From Candidatus Hadarchaeota archaeon (GTDB taxonomy: Archaea > Hadarchaeota > Hadarchaeia > Hadarchaeales > Hadarchaeaceae): a stretch of 32,000 bases of DNA. Where the stretch lies: assembly GCA_964514965.1 (NCBI GenBank), contig CAZETV010000002.1:156445-188444 (forward strand), in the 5' to 3' direction. The notes beneath the pieces are model-generated. The model saw only the letters and a program-made list of their open reading frames with translations, did no database searches and was not told where the DNA came from. The number at the start of each line of letters is the position of its first letter. Within the stretch, counting starts at the first letter, position 1. A program made the translations under genes and the position numbers. Positions 1-10,281 of the stretch are shown in pieces.

Positions 1-196
1 CCGAGGCGACGATGTGATCCCCTATCCCCGCCTTGCCCATGCGCCTACGTCGACCGCGATAACCGACGACGTTCACAATCTGCAACTCCTTGGCTCCCGT
101 GTTATCGGCACAGTCGAGACGTGCACCAATCGGTAACGCCCTTATAGGCGCCATCGCGGTCACACCAATCGAAGTGCCAACACCTTTCTTCCCCAT
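1..196 (-). CDS. rpl14: 50S ribosomal protein L14 (uL14), 3' part truncated by window edge
   Basis: Reverse strand reads [65 protein letters not shown]; typical uL14; directly after S17. Confidence 0.93.
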   Translation of the reverse strand, partial: MGKKGVGTSIGVTAMAPIRALPIGARLDCADNTGAKELQIVNVVGYRGRRRRMGKAGIGDHIVAS

Positions 197-197
197 A

Positions 198-515
198 CTA
201 CGCCCCCAGTTTCTGCACGACGACGAATGCTTTTGTCTTGCTTAGTCGCCGACACTCCATAATTTTCACTTTATCACCAACGCGAGCGGAAATACATGGT
301 GGGTTGTGAGCATGAAGCTTGGAGGTACGACGTTCATATCGCTCGTATTTTGGGATTACCTGCATTCGCTCCATCTCAATCGTAACAGTACGTGACATCT
401 TATCGCTCACCACGACGCCCTCGAAAGTTCTACCTCGCGCCGAAAGCGTACCGTGGAAGGGACACTTCGGATCGGAACATCGCTCCTTTGGTGATTTTAT
501 TCCCATGCCTACCAT
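198..515 (-). CDS. rps17: 30S ribosomal protein S17 (uS17)
   Basis: ORF sequence with [30 protein letters not shown]...[16 protein letters not shown] typical of archaeal S17; operon context. Confidence 0.96.
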   Translation of the reverse strand: MVGMGIKSPKERCSDPKCPFHGTLSARGRTFEGVVVSDKMSRTVTIEMERMQVIPKYERYERRTSKLHAHNPPCISARVGDKVKIMECRRLSKTKAFVVVQKLGA

Positions 516-519
516 AGTT

Positions 520-801
520 TTACCTCCTTAGCTTCACTCGCCCCTCAGGCCGCCCGACGAGCTTCTCTCCGTCGACTTCAACTTTCTCGCCGTTAGGGCT
601 GGTGAACATGAATCTAGAGCTTGCCTTGGGTAAGATCTTGGCCCTGCCATCCTGCTCGATTATCAGTATGTTTCGAGTCTCGTCGATGATTACGCCATAA
701 GTGTCGAGTAGCGTAGGATCCGAACTATTCGTGACCCTAGCCTCGAACCCAATGAGCTCATGCCGCAGCACGTTTCGCTTAGTTATCGGCATACTCTTCA
801 C
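520..801 (-). CDS. rnp1: Ribonuclease P protein component 1 (Rpp29/Pop4)
   Basis: [45 protein letters not shown] typical Rpp29; canonical position between aIF1 and S17. Confidence 0.93.
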   Translation of the reverse strand: MKSMPITKRNVLRHELIGFEARVTNSSDPTLLDTYGVIIDETRNILIIEQDGRAKILPKASSRFMFTSPNGEKVEVDGEKLVGRPEGRVKLRR

Positions 802-1101
802 CTATCTCGTATCAATCATCTCAGGGGAGAAACCCATCCCCACGAGTACCTCCTTTGCTCGGGCTTTGTGATTGCCCTGAAGTTCGATATGACCTTCTTT
901 CGAAGTTCCGCCGCACGCGAGCTTCGATTTCAAGCTTTTCGTCAGTTCCTTGATATCAAGTTGTTTTTCATCTATGCCCTCAATAATAGTCATAATTTTG
1001 CCGTATTTTCGCTTGATTGAATATACGTTAATCCGTTGTTGTTCGCGGGCGATCTCTTGACAAACACAAAGTTCTTTGGGCAAACCACAGACCTTACACA
1101 C
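802..1101 (-). CDS. Translation initiation factor aIF1 (SUI1 family)
   Basis: MCKVCGLPKELCVCQEIAREQQRINVYSIKRKYGKIMTIIEG...KLACGGTSKEGHIELQGNH; SUI1 signature. Confidence 0.95.
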   Translation of the reverse strand: MCKVCGLPKELCVCQEIAREQQRINVYSIKRKYGKIMTIIEGIDEKQLDIKELTKSLKSKLACGGTSKEGHIELQGNHKARAKEVLVGMGFSPEMIDTR

Positions 1102-1113
1102 CTCTGGCAGCTC

Positions 1114-1323
1114 TCATACACCTCCCCTTTGTTTTTCTTTCATGATGGTGAGTATTCGAGCTATCGTATGTCGAAGGTCGCGGATTCGCGCCGGGTTCTC
1201 GAGCGAGCCTCCTGCAGCTGCCGTGGCGCGTGTTCGAGCGAGTTCGGCCCGGAGTTCTCTGATCTTTGCCTTCATCTCCTCAAAGTTCAAATCTCGAATC
1301 TCACTGGACCTTAGTATCGCCAT
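1114..1323 (-). CDS. rpl29: 50S ribosomal protein L29 (uL29)
   Basis: MAILRSSEIRDLNFEEMKAKIRELRAELARTRATAAAGGSLENPARIRDLRHTIARILTIMKEK; internal Met chosen as start because the longer ORF runs deep into S3. Confidence 0.92.
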   Translation of the reverse strand: MAILRSSEIRDLNFEEMKAKIRELRAELARTRATAAAGGSLENPARIRDLRHTIARILTIMKEKQRGGV

Positions 1324-2032
1324 TTCCCTCGTCCTCCTCTGGTTTAACCTCTTTTGCTTCTCCTTCAGCAGCCTTAGCTTTTTCCTGCCCCTCGCCCTTT
1401 TCCACTGCTGGAACAGCTTCAGCTGGCTTGGGAATTTCCTCAGATGCAATTTTAATCTCGTCGGGTAGTGGAACCTCAGGGGGCATTATCAGTACCTTTA
1501 TCCCTGCTATTCCCGGCTTCAGCTTCGCAGCCGCGTAACCATGGCTAACCAATTTTTTTGCTGGTTCCCCTGCCTTGCTGAGATAACCTTGATAGAAGCG
1601 TTGAGTACGGGTGCGTTCTCCAGCTATCCTACCTGAAATCGTGACTTCGGCACCTCTGGCACCAGCGTTCATCACCCTCCGCAGCGCAGTGTGCCCGACC
1701 CGCCTCGCGCTTATCCCACGCTCAAGGGCGAACGCGATTCGCTTTGCCATGATAGGGGCGCAGAGTTCAGGCTTCGTGAGCTCGACTACTTCTACCTGCG
1801 GATTCTCCAATCCAAATTTTTGAGCAAGCTCATCAGTGAGATGCTTTATGCTCTTTCCCTTACGTCCGATCACCATTCCGGGCCGCTCGACATAGAGTGC
1901 GACCCGCGTGCCAGTTGGGATCCGCTTGATGTCTGCCCCACCGTACCCCGCACGCTCAAGCTCTCGCTCTAAGAACTCCTCAAGCTCCATACGTTTCAAG
2001 CCGAGCTTAATGAATGTGCGCTCCACGGGCAC
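1301..2032 (-). CDS. rps3: 30S ribosomal protein S3 (uS3) with acidic C-terminal tail
   Basis: KH-domain containing S3 sequence (GRKGKSIKHLTDELAQKFGLENPQVEVVEL); operon context. Confidence 0.96.
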   Translation of the reverse strand: MPVERTFIKLGLKRMELEEFLERELERAGYGGADIKRIPTGTRVALYVERPGMVIGRKGKSIKHLTDELAQKFGLENPQVEVVELTKPELCAPIMAKRIAFALERGISARRVGHTALRRVMNAGARGAEVTISGRIAGERTRTQRFYQGYLSKAGEPAKKLVSHGYAAAKLKPGIAGIKVLIMPPEVPLPDEIKIASEEIPKPAEAVPAVEKGEGQEKAKAAEGEAKEVKPEEDEGNGDTKVQ

Positions 2033-2484
2033 TAGGCTACCTCCTTGAGGATTATCTCCACATTAGTCAGCGGCTTGTTGAAAGAGGTGGCTCGAGCGAA
2101 AGCGCGGGGCAAAAATCCGGGGATTGTGATCCCCTTCTGAGCACTTGCGTGCACGACTTTGAGCTTCTCCGTATCGAGCCCTTTGTACGTCGCGTTGGCC
2201 TCAGCATTCTCCAAAATATTCAGAATCGCGCGTGCTGTTTTAACCGGGAACTGTCCGCTTCCCCCTGCCCCTCGCCTGTGCGCAATCTTCTTTCGATGAC
2301 GCTTGAACGGGACGGGCTTTTTCTTATCAACAACAGCTTGCAAATAATCCTTGGCCGTTGCTAATCTCATGCCTCTGATTGCCCTGCAGACTTCCATCGC
2401 GTGCTTTGGGGAGGCCCGCATTTCTTTGCCGAAAGCTTTCGCACATGGTTCATCCACTTTTTTAGAATAACCAAACTTAGGCAT
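2032..2484 (-). CDS. rpl22: 50S ribosomal protein L22 (uL22)
   Basis: MPKFGYS...CRAIRGMRLATAKDYLQAVVDKKKPVPFKRHRKKIAHRRG; operon context. Confidence 0.96.
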   Translation of the reverse strand: MPKFGYSKKVDEPCAKAFGKEMRASPKHAMEVCRAIRGMRLATAKDYLQAVVDKKKPVPFKRHRKKIAHRRGAGGSGQFPVKTARAILNILENAEANATYKGLDTEKLKVVHASAQKGITIPGFLPRAFARATSFNKPLTNVEIILKEVA

Positions 2485-2488
2485 TATA

Positions 2489-2887
2489 TCACTTCAACGG
2501 AACATACAACGAACTGCGGGTTGCCCCGATACCAGGCATTCCATGGGTGACCTTCCGGCGCGTTTGGGAGAACTCGCCCAGGCGGTGACCGACCATTTCC
2601 GGCGTCACCTCGACCATGATAAACTCCTTTCCATTGTGAATGGCGAACTTCAGGCCTACCATCTCGGGCAGTATCACCATCTCTCGACAATGGGTTCGGA
2701 TGGGAACATCTATTTTTCCGGTCTCCTGCACCTTTCGAATGCGCTCCATCAACTTCTTCTCTCGAGGCGTGAGGCCGCGAACAAGCGAGCGTCGCTGACG
2801 TGCTGGCAGAAGCTTTGCGAAATCATCAAGCGTAAGCTTCTGAAGGTCCTCAATCGAATATCCTCTAAACATAAACTTCTTCGGCAT
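2489..2887 (-). CDS. rps19: 30S ribosomal protein S19 (uS19)
   Basis: [29 protein letters not shown]...[28 protein letters not shown]. Confidence 0.97.
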   Translation of the reverse strand: MPKKFMFRGYSIEDLQKLTLDDFAKLLPARQRRSLVRGLTPREKKLMERIRKVQETGKIDVPIRTHCREMVILPEMVGLKFAIHNGKEFIMVEVTPEMVGHRLGEFSQTRRKVTHGMPGIGATRSSLYVPLK

Positions 2888-2891
2888 GTTT

Positions 2892-3599
2892 TTACCTCTT
2901 ACCAGTTCTCTTTGCTGCTATTAACCCCACCTTTTGCCCAGGCGGCGTACCCCTTCCAACGGTTTTCGGCCTTCCTGCATGCTTGCCTCTGCCTCCTCCG
3001 AAGGGATGGTCGACTACATTCATCGCGACGCCACGAACATGAGGGTATGGCTTACCCCGCGCGAGCATGGCGTAATGGCGCTTTCCGGCCTTGACGAACG
3101 GTTTTTCTTGACGCCCACTGCCAGCTACGACCCCCACGGTAGCTCGACAACGTGAGTTGAAATCCCTAATTTCCCCCGAAGGGAGCTGGATTGTCGCACG
3201 GCCGATGTCGTGGGCAATCAAGATAGCATGAGTGCCTGAGGCGCGAACAAAGCGTCCCCCATCCTTTGGTCTTGCTTCGATGTTGTGAAGCGGGGTGCCC
3301 TCCGGAATCTCAGCAAGTGAGAGCGTGTTGCCCACTTTGATAGGGACCGAGACACCACACATTATTTTATCCCCCACCTTTAACCCCTCAGGTGCGAGCA
3401 CTAAACGTTCTTCCTTATCGCCGTACCTTATCCTAGCCACCGGGGCACTCCTGCCAGGATCATGCAAGATGTCAATCACGACTGCTTCAGCCTCTTTTTC
3501 AGCTGCAGGGGACTTAACCTCACCAAGCTTTCGCCAAGACTTTGCACGATGGGTAGGCGACCCTTTGCCGAGTCTTTGAGCTCTTGTCCGCTTTCCCAT
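2892..3599 (-). CDS. rpl2: 50S ribosomal protein L2 (uL2)
   Basis: [22 protein letters not shown]...[46 protein letters not shown]. Confidence 0.98.
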   Translation of the reverse strand: MGKRTRAQRLGKGSPTHRAKSWRKLGEVKSPAAEKEAEAVVIDILHDPGRSAPVARIRYGDKEERLVLAPEGLKVGDKIMCGVSVPIKVGNTLSLAEIPEGTPLHNIEARPKDGGRFVRASGTHAILIAHDIGRATIQLPSGEIRDFNSRCRATVGVVAGSGRQEKPFVKAGKRHYAMLARGKPYPHVRGVAMNVVDHPFGGGRGKHAGRPKTVGRGTPPGQKVGLIAAKRTGKR

Positions 3600-3907
3600 C
3601 AGATCATCCCCAGTTTCGATGCTATCTCGTCAGCCATAAATTCAGGCGCGAGCCTCACATAAGCGCGTTTTCGTCCGTCTGGAATTATTTCTATTTTCAC
3701 GTTGTCTACTTTCACTTCAAAAAGCAGCTCAATCGCGCGCTTCACGTCCAATCGGGTCGCATCGTTCGCCACGATAAACACGAGCTTATTTTCGGATTCG
3801 ATTAACTTCACGACCTTCTCTGTGGCCTGGGGGTAAAGCACGACTTTATGCGGGTCCTTCATGCGAACAATCCTCCGGCGAGCTTTTGGATAGCTCCTTT
3901 TGTCCAT
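3599..3907 (-). CDS. rpl23: 50S ribosomal protein L23 (uL23)
   Basis: Small basic protein between L2 and L4; YPQATEKVVKLIESENKLVFIVANDATRLDVKRAIELLFEVKVDNV. Confidence 0.95.
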   Translation of the reverse strand: MDKRSYPKARRRIVRMKDPHKVVLYPQATEKVVKLIESENKLVFIVANDATRLDVKRAIELLFEVKVDNVKIEIIPDGRKRAYVRLAPEFMADEIASKLGMI

Positions 3908-4647
3908 ACTGTAAGCCTTCCTGCAATTCCTCCAGGAGCGAGCTGTTCCGCGTTAAGAGTTCCAACTTTCACGACTTCGACACCGGGCAAGTTCCTCGCA
4001 CCTAGTTTGATACCCTTGTCTTCCCCAACCACGATAAGTGGACCGACAGCCTGCCGATATCGCCTGCCGCGCATCTTGCCGCGCCCAGCTCGAACTCGCT
4101 TACTTCTAGCAACGCGTTCCACATCCTGCCACAATCCGAGCTTTAGGAGAATCTCCTTCGTTTGGCTGGCTTTCCCGATTCCCTCAAGCTCGTTAGTTAC
4201 TACAAGCGGGAGCTCAGAAACTTTTTCAAAAACGTGACCTCTAGAGCTGACCAATTTTTTATCTTTGGTAGCGGCGACCGTAGAGCGAATGGCAAGCCGG
4301 CGCTCTTTTCGGTTGATACGCTCTCGAAGAACCTTTTCGACTCTCGGTGGATGGGCCCGTCTACCTCCGACTGTGAAAGGAGCAAAAGCTCCATGCCCAG
4401 CAGCGGGGTAACGAGTTCCCTTCACGCGGCGAACTCTAGCAACGCCATGCCCCTTCCCCCATGTCTCGGCGGAAGTGCGCTTGCCCGCCATCCAGTCTGG
4501 TCCCCAAGATTGAAGCCGGGCAGTCTGGGCAGCCATCACCGCGCGCCTAATGATATCAGGTCTAAACTGCTCATCAAAGATTGCTGGAATCTCAATCTCC
4601 TCCACGGGTTTACCCTCAAGAGAATATACGTGAACTTTCATCTTCAT
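3859..4647 (-). CDS. rpl4: 50S ribosomal protein L4 (uL4/L1e)
   Basis: MKMKVHVYSLEGKPVEEIEIPAIFDEQFRPDIIRRAVMAAQTARLQ...WGKGHGVARVRRVKGTRYPAAGHGAFAP; overlaps L23 start. Confidence 0.96.
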   Translation of the reverse strand: MKMKVHVYSLEGKPVEEIEIPAIFDEQFRPDIIRRAVMAAQTARLQSWGPDWMAGKRTSAETWGKGHGVARVRRVKGTRYPAAGHGAFAPFTVGGRRAHPPRVEKVLRERINRKERRLAIRSTVAATKDKKLVSSRGHVFEKVSELPLVVTNELEGIGKASQTKEILLKLGLWQDVERVARSKRVRAGRGKMRGRRYRQAVGPLIVVGEDKGIKLGARNLPGVEVVKVGTLNAEQLAPGGIAGRLTVWTKGAIQKLAGGLFA

Positions 4648-5654
4648 GCACCCTGCTGGGAAGCTGTGCTTATGTAAGTAATAGAGGGAGGCGAAGTAGT
4701 AATTCTGGCAGGCAGGCGCATGGTTTGTCGGAGATGCACAAGCCTTTTCGTGGGGCCTGGTACCGAACCCGAGAGTACTATAAAATCTCCCTTGATTTGG
4801 CCATACCTAAGGAAACCCCCGCTCGGCGTCACCTCCTTTCCATCACCCCCAAGCTTCAAAATGCGCTTGTTGAAATCCGTGCGCTGGTGGTAGCCCATCT
4901 GTCCTGCGGCGGGGACGGTCCACATTACCCGCGCAGGCGACCAAGGCCCAAGCGTTCCAACTTGACGGTGCCCCTCCTTGGTCTTACGAGGCAAAATTTT
5001 GATTCCCCAACGCTTGACGGGCCCTTGAAATCCTTTGCCCTTGGTAATCGCGAGCACATCGATATATTCGCCCTCTTTAAAAACATCTGCAACGCGAACC
5101 TGCTTTCCCAGCAACCCCTTACAGTAATTCCACCTTTCTTCTATCGTGCTGCCCCCGACGCGGATTTCGATCAAGTCTGGCTTTTTCTTGTGCACGTTGC
5201 TGGCACGGGGCTGGGTACACGCGAGTATACGAACATCGACAACTTTTCCTTCTTTAATAAGAGCTTCTGCGCGTTCGACCGATTTCTGCTGGTCGTACTT
5301 TTTGGGCAAGTTTATTTTTTTAGCAAGGTCCTTCGGTAGCTCGCTCACCCAGATATCCGTTGCAGCGTTGAGCCCCCGAGTTGTCGAGCTGTACAGACGA
5401 GCAGAACAGATGACAAGAGGGGGGGTCTCGACGACCGTAGCAGAAATATTTATCTCTTGACCCGAGGTCAGGCTACTCTTGCGATCGTCTATCATAAAGA
5501 CTTGAGTCATCCCTGCCTTGTAGCCGACAAACTCTTGGAGGCGTAAGGTAGCTTCCGCTGGCCAAGCCCGCACATGGGCGACTGGGCGTGGGGCTCGCAC
5601 TCTTGGCATATAGGCGAGTGAGCCCCGTCTTGGACGGTGTTTTCGCCCCCCCAT
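4644..5654 (-). CDS. rpl3: 50S ribosomal protein L3 (uL3)
   Basis: MGGRKHRPRRGSLAYMPRVRA...FVGYKAGMTQVFMIDDRKSS...GKGFQGPVKRWGIK. Confidence 0.97.
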   Translation of the reverse strand: MGGRKHRPRRGSLAYMPRVRAPRPVAHVRAWPAEATLRLQEFVGYKAGMTQVFMIDDRKSSLTSGQEINISATVVETPPLVICSARLYSSTTRGLNAATDIWVSELPKDLAKKINLPKKYDQQKSVERAEALIKEGKVVDVRILACTQPRASNVHKKKPDLIEIRVGGSTIEERWNYCKGLLGKQVRVADVFKEGEYIDVLAITKGKGFQGPVKRWGIKILPRKTKEGHRQVGTLGPWSPARVMWTVPAAGQMGYHQRTDFNKRILKLGGDGKEVTPSGGFLRYGQIKGDFIVLSGSVPGPTKRLVHLRQTMRLPARITTSPPSITYISTASQQGA

Positions 5655-5655
5655 T

Positions 5656-6516
5656 TTATCCCTCGTTGAGCGTGTTCAGCAGCGCGAGCGTTGCTACAAG
5701 CGCTTCCTCAGTTCGAACGGTGGCGGCCCCTTGGCTCAGGATCGTATTGATTACGACGCCAAAGAGTTTTCCAGCATCGACGCCTTGGCGTTTGCAGATT
5801 TCGAAGAGGCCCGCATAAGAGCCCCCGAAAGCCACCGTCACGCTATGAGGTTTGCTACTCTCTATCGCTTGCATTACCCCATATAAATTTTGCCCGTGTC
5901 GTGAAGTCCCTATAACATAATCTGCTTTCAGGACTTTTAAAGCATCTGCGAGGGTTTTCGCCTGCATAACTTCATAGCCCCAATATTCGCTGACTTCGCT
6001 CCGTGATACCCGCTCGATTGCGCGTTTGCCCTCACCTAAACTTTCGCCGAGTCTAACCGTTACCCGTTGACCAACACTGAGTTTTTCACTTGTAAGACCA
6101 CGCTCACGTATCCCAAGTTCAAGTAGGCTCCCATTTTTATCCACATCTATAACAACGGCTTCACGATAATTGCCGACGGCAGTTTTTTCACCTACAAGCG
6201 GGTGGGAGGGTATACGCAGCGGCGGTAGCAAACCAGCGTAGCGAAGCTCTCGTGAATGTGGAAATATGAGTTTGCGCAGATATTGTGGCGTTTCCATATA
6301 CTGCAAAAGTGTTGAAATAATTCTAGCCTCAAAGGCTTGATTTTTAACATGGGGATCATCATCATTATAGATGCAAACCTTATCAACGCGGAAAATCGCC
6401 AGCGCACGCCCGATTAAACCAATCTTGAATGTTTTCTGCCGAAGGTCAGGTGCATCAGCAAAAAGCGAAGAAGGCAGCAGCACGAAAAAAGATTTGGATT
6501 TTCTTGACATCATCAC
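5656..6516 (-). CDS. SPOUT-family RNA methyltransferase, COG2106-type, located upstream of L3
   Basis: DKVCIYNDDD...LLQYMETPQYLRKLIFPHSRELRYAGLLPPLRIPSH...VTVAFGGSYAGLFEI; typical position before L3 in archaea. Confidence 0.8.
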   Translation of the reverse strand: MMMSRKSKSFFVLLPSSLFADAPDLRQKTFKIGLIGRALAIFRVDKVCIYNDDDPHVKNQAFEARIISTLLQYMETPQYLRKLIFPHSRELRYAGLLPPLRIPSHPLVGEKTAVGNYREAVVIDVDKNGSLLELGIRERGLTSEKLSVGQRVTVRLGESLGEGKRAIERVSRSEVSEYWGYEVMQAKTLADALKVLKADYVIGTSRHGQNLYGVMQAIESSKPHSVTVAFGGSYAGLFEICKRQGVDAGKLFGVVINTILSQGAATVRTEEALVATLALLNTLNEG

Positions 6517-7970
6517 TAACCCTTTGCAACTCCCACAGGTTTCAAGCGTGCAACCATTCGAGCGATTCCCGCCTTATGGGACACCTCACAGACCTTATGG
6601 ATATCTTTATAACTCTTTGGCGCCTCCTCCGCAATTATCGAAATCTTAGCCGCTCGCACTATGATCCCCTTCGACTCGAGCTCTTTCTTCACATCTTCAC
6701 CCCAAAACTGCTTGAGTGCTGCTGTGCGGCTCATGTGGCGCCCTGCGCCGTGGGCGGTTGATGCAAACGTTTCCTGCATCGCCCGCTCGGTGCCCACGAG
6801 CACATAGGATGCAGTCCCCATGTCCCCCGGAATAAGCACTGGTTGCCCAACGCTACGATACAGTTCGGGCACACTGGGATGCCCGGGCGGAAACGCTCTT
6901 GTAGCACCTTTTCGATGTACACAAACTTTCTTGCGTCCCCCGTCAATCTGGTGTTCCTCAAATTTAGCGATGTTATGCGCGAGTCCATAAACGAGATGGA
7001 GACCCAATTTTTCTGCGTCCTGTCCAAAGACTTGCTCGAACGAGTCCCTCACCCAATGCGTGATCATTTGTCTATTTGTGAAACCATAATTTGCAGCGCA
7101 AGCCATCGCTGCAAGATATGACTGCCCCTCAGGCGAATTTATCGGTACATTGACGAGCTCTCTATCCGGGAGAGTTATGCCATATTTTCTAACGGTGCGT
7201 TCCATAGTTCTTAAATAGTCCGAGCAGACCTGATGACCCAGACCTCTCGACCCGGTGTGAATCGTGACCGTTACTTGCCCTTCATGGGTTATCCCAAAAG
7301 AGGAAGCAACTTCTTGGTCAAAAATTTTATCAACCACTTGAACCTCCAAGAAATGATTTCCACTTCCAAGGCTGCCAAGCTGGGGGAGACCGCGCTCTTT
7401 TGCACGCTGACTTACTCTACTCGCATCAGCACCAGCAAGACATCCTCCCTCTTCAAGCCTTTCCATGTCCTCTTTCCAGCCAAACCCATTCTCGACAGCC
7501 CACTTTACTCCGTTCTCAAGAACTTCATCAAGCTGGGAATAGGTAAGCTTGACCTTCCCCCTGCTGCCCAGCCCTGATGGCACGTTCCGGAAGAACGCAT
7601 CTACGAGTTCGCGGAGTTTCGGCTCGATGTCTTTTTTGTCAAAATTAGTCAGCAACAACCGCACTCCACAGTTGATGTCATATCCCACACCGCCTGGGCT
7701 AACGACGCCCGTCTCAGCGTCGGTAGCCGCAACCCCACCTATCGGAAATCCGTATCCTTGATGACCATCTGGGAGCGTTATCGAGTATTTGTAAATGCCC
7801 TGCAGAAAAGATACATTCGTGGCTTGCTCCAACGTTAGATCCCTGCACATCTCATTTAACAGCTCGGAGTCAGCGTATATCCTAACTGGAACTCGCATCC
7901 CGGACTTGCAGTCCTTAGGAATCTCCCACCGCACATCGTCGATTTTTTTAATCTTATCCATCCACACCAT
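6516..7970 (-). CDS. rtcB: RNA 3'-phosphate/2',3'-cyclic phosphate ligase RtcB (tRNA-splicing ligase), no intein
   Basis: LPDGHQGYGFPIGGVAATDAETGVVSPGGVGYDINCGVRLL...GSLGSGNHFLEVQVVDKIFD...MGTASYVLVGTERAMQETFASTAHGAGR; complete RtcB motifs. Confidence 0.97.
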   Translation of the reverse strand: MVWMDKIKKIDDVRWEIPKDCKSGMRVPVRIYADSELLNEMCRDLTLEQATNVSFLQGIYKYSITLPDGHQGYGFPIGGVAATDAETGVVSPGGVGYDINCGVRLLLTNFDKKDIEPKLRELVDAFFRNVPSGLGSRGKVKLTYSQLDEVLENGVKWAVENGFGWKEDMERLEEGGCLAGADASRVSQRAKERGLPQLGSLGSGNHFLEVQVVDKIFDQEVASSFGITHEGQVTVTIHTGSRGLGHQVCSDYLRTMERTVRKYGITLPDRELVNVPINSPEGQSYLAAMACAANYGFTNRQMITHWVRDSFEQVFGQDAEKLGLHLVYGLAHNIAKFEEHQIDGGRKKVCVHRKGATRAFPPGHPSVPELYRSVGQPVLIPGDMGTASYVLVGTERAMQETFASTAHGAGRHMSRTAALKQFWGEDVKKELESKGIIVRAAKISIIAEEAPKSYKDIHKVCEVSHKAGIARMVARLKPVGVAKG

Positions 7971-8039
7971 TCTTTCACCTTTAAACTAAACGGTGTTTAC
8001 AGCGTTAATTACCCTTTTGTTTGAAAAACATGCAATTTT

Positions 8040-8465
8040 TCAAATATCGACGACCACCTGCACCGAGCAACATTCAGGTTCGCACTTAATTTCCATCATG
8101 TGGTAGGTCATTGCCTTGACTGCAGTTCTCCCGAGGTGTTTAGTCGGGAAAAATGGTTCTCCCCAAGCTCTAGCAATGAGATTGAAGCCACTATTGGTGC
8201 CAGAAATCGCTACCTTGAACTTTGACATCACCAAATTTCGGGTGTCATGAAAGTAGAGCAATTTATCTAACCAATCGTAAAGCAACGCCCCCTCGTCCTC
8301 AGCCTCAAGCTCGATTTCAACCTCCTCGCGCGGTTCAACCTTGCTCGTGTCGACCATCACCTCGAAGAGAGCAAGCGCTGCGTTCTCGAAGGCCTCAGCT
8401 AAGTCACGACCATAAGCGCGAAAGCCGATATCCGACGGGTGCTCAACCCACTCGAAGCGTTTCAT
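8040..8465 (-). CDS. Archease (RtcB activating protein)
   Basis: MKRFEWVEHPSDIGFRAYGRDLAEAFENAALALFEVMVD...DWLDKLLYFHDT; start placed at the Met after the tRNA-derived readthrough of the listed ORF. Confidence 0.93.
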   Translation of the reverse strand: MKRFEWVEHPSDIGFRAYGRDLAEAFENAALALFEVMVDTSKVEPREEVEIELEAEDEGALLYDWLDKLLYFHDTRNLVMSKFKVAISGTNSGFNLIARAWGEPFFPTKHLGRTAVKAMTYHMMEIKCEPECCSVQVVVDI

Positions 8466-8477
8466 ATCATCACTTAG

Positions 8478-8562
8478 CGCCGGGGAAGGGATTTGAACCC
8501 TTGAGGCCCAAAGGGCCACACGCTCTCAAGGCGTGCGCCTTACCTGACTTGGCTACCCCGGC
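8478..8562 (-). tRNA. tRNA-Ser(UGA)
   Basis: Acceptor GCCGGGG/CCCCGGC, anticodon loop CTTGAGA flanked by CGCACGC/GCGTGTG, long variable arm, T arm GGTTCAAATCC, discriminator G. Confidence 0.95.
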
Positions 8563-8605
8563 ACCAAAATGAAAGTATGTCTTTCACTAATTAACTATTT
8601 GAAAA

Positions 8606-8914
8606 TTAGGTCTTGAGCTCGATCTCGATCGCGACCTCTTCAGGCACTTGGATGCGCATGATTTGCCTCATCACTCGCTCGTCTGCCTGCATGTCGATTA
8701 AGCGCTTGTGCACGCGCAGCTCCCATCGATCCCATGTCGCCGTTCCTTCACCATCGGGCGATTTTCTCGTGGGCACCACTATCCTGCGCGTGGGTAGGGG
8801 AATTGGTCCCGAGAGCTTGATGCCGACTCGCTCCGCTATGCCGGAGATCTGCTTGCAGACCTCATCAAGCTTCTTTGGTTCTGTGCTTGAGAGCCTTATA
8901 CGTGCCTTTTGCAA
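8606..8914 (-). CDS. rps10: 30S ribosomal protein S10 (uS10)
   Basis: [44 protein letters not shown]. Confidence 0.97.
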   Translation of the reverse strand: MQKARIRLSSTEPKKLDEVCKQISGIAERVGIKLSGPIPLPTRRIVVPTRKSPDGEGTATWDRWELRVHKRLIDMQADERVMRQIMRIQVPEEVAIEIELKT

Positions 8915-8964
8915 TGATATCCCCCACCCTACCTAAAGGAGAGTGGATAATAAAAGAGTTGGGA

Positions 8965-10227
8965 CTACTTAGCAGGTGTCAGATCGATGCAAACCCCTGC
9001 TGCGATAGTCATCCCCATGTCACGCACAGCGAAGCGACTCAGTTGCGGGAGGTCAGCAGCCTTCTCGATTACCATGGGCTTGGTAGGCGTTATCTTAACT
9101 GTCGCCATGTCTCCCTTCTTTATGAATTCCGGCTTATCCTGAACCACTTCACCAGTCTTCGGGTCAAGCTTCTGGGTAATTTCTGATATAGTGCAAGCTA
9201 TCTGCGCCGTGTGGGCGTGGAAAACCGGAGTATAGCCGGCAGCTAACGCCGTTGGATGCTGCAGAACGGCAATTCGTGCGGTGAACTCCTTAGCCACGGT
9301 TGGAGGCGACTTCGGGTGTCCCGCAACATCACCCCGCCTTATCGCGGCCTTATCAACTCCCCGAACGTTAAAGCCTATGTTGTCACCGGGCTCAGCCTGC
9401 GGTATTGTCTCATGGTGCATCTCAATCGATTTTACCTCTGCATTTACTCCCGCAGGTTCAAAGATGAGAGTGTCCCCAACTTTCAATACTCCTGTTTCAA
9501 CCCTCCCCACGGGCACTGTTCCAACTCCAGTAATCGAATACACGTCCTGTACAGGCAGACGAAGCGGCTTGTCGACGGGTTTCGAAGGTACAGAGAACGC
9601 ATCCAGCGAGGCGAAAAAGACGGGACCTGTATACCACTTCATCTTGTCGCTAGCTTTAGTCACGTTATCCCCATGAAATGCCGAAACGGGAACAAACGTG
9701 AATTTTTCTGGATTCTTGTAGCCAACCGTTCTCAGCAGGTCAATAATCTCATCTTTGAGCTTGTTAAACACATCCTCTTTGTAACTCACGACGTCCATCT
9801 TATTTACAACAATCACCAGTTGCCCGACCCCAAGAGTAAAGGCAAGTGCCGCGTGCTCCCGTGTTTGAGGCATGATTCCATCGTCAGCCGCGACCACGAG
9901 CACCGCTGCGTCGGCTTGGCTTGCTCCAGTGATCATATTTTTCACGAAGTCCCGATGACCTGGGGCATCGATGACAGTAAAGGAGTAATTGTTCGTTTCG
10001 AACTTCTTGTGCGCAAGATCAATTGTAAGTCCCCGCTCTCGCTCTTCCTTAAGGGCGTCCATTACCCAAGCGAACTTGAAAGTCTTACCTCTGTCACCCA
10101 TCGCCTCGAATTTTCTTATATCCTCCTCTTTCACCAATCCCCTGTCGTAAAAGGTTCTCCCTACCAATGTGGATTTACCGTGATCCACATGCCCAATTGT
10201 TATCAGGTTCAAGTGAGGTTTCACCAT
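8965..10227 (-). CDS. tuf: Translation elongation factor EF-1 alpha
   Basis: [32 protein letters not shown] motifs; directly upstream of S10. Confidence 0.98.
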   Translation of the reverse strand: MVKPHLNLITIGHVDHGKSTLVGRTFYDRGLVKEEDIRKFEAMGDRGKTFKFAWVMDALKEERERGLTIDLAHKKFETNNYSFTVIDAPGHRDFVKNMITGASQADAAVLVVAADDGIMPQTREHAALAFTLGVGQLVIVVNKMDVVSYKEDVFNKLKDEIIDLLRTVGYKNPEKFTFVPVSAFHGDNVTKASDKMKWYTGPVFFASLDAFSVPSKPVDKPLRLPVQDVYSITGVGTVPVGRVETGVLKVGDTLIFEPAGVNAEVKSIEMHHETIPQAEPGDNIGFNVRGVDKAAIRRGDVAGHPKSPPTVAKEFTARIAVLQHPTALAAGYTPVFHAHTAQIACTISEITQKLDPKTGEVVQDKPEFIKKGDMATVKITPTKPMVIEKAADLPQLSRFAVRDMGMTIAAGVCIDLTPAK

Positions 10228-10281
10228 TCATATCTCCTCCTATCTAATTCCAATTTGCGCGTGCATTTTAAAAGCCTTGCG

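Noticed and set aside
2543-3094. 183-aa plus-strand ORF
   Set aside because: Antisense to S19 and L2; shadow ORF.
4581-5339. 252-aa plus-strand ORF
   Set aside because: Antisense to L3; shadow ORF.
8466-8519. N-terminal 18 residues of the listed archease ORF (MALWASRVQIPSPALSDD)
   Set aside because: These codons are mostly the 3' end of tRNA-Ser; the protein should start at MKRFEW.
6516-10227. Possible inteins in RtcB or EF-1 alpha
   Set aside because: Both proteins are of normal length (484 and 420 aa) with uninterrupted conserved motifs.
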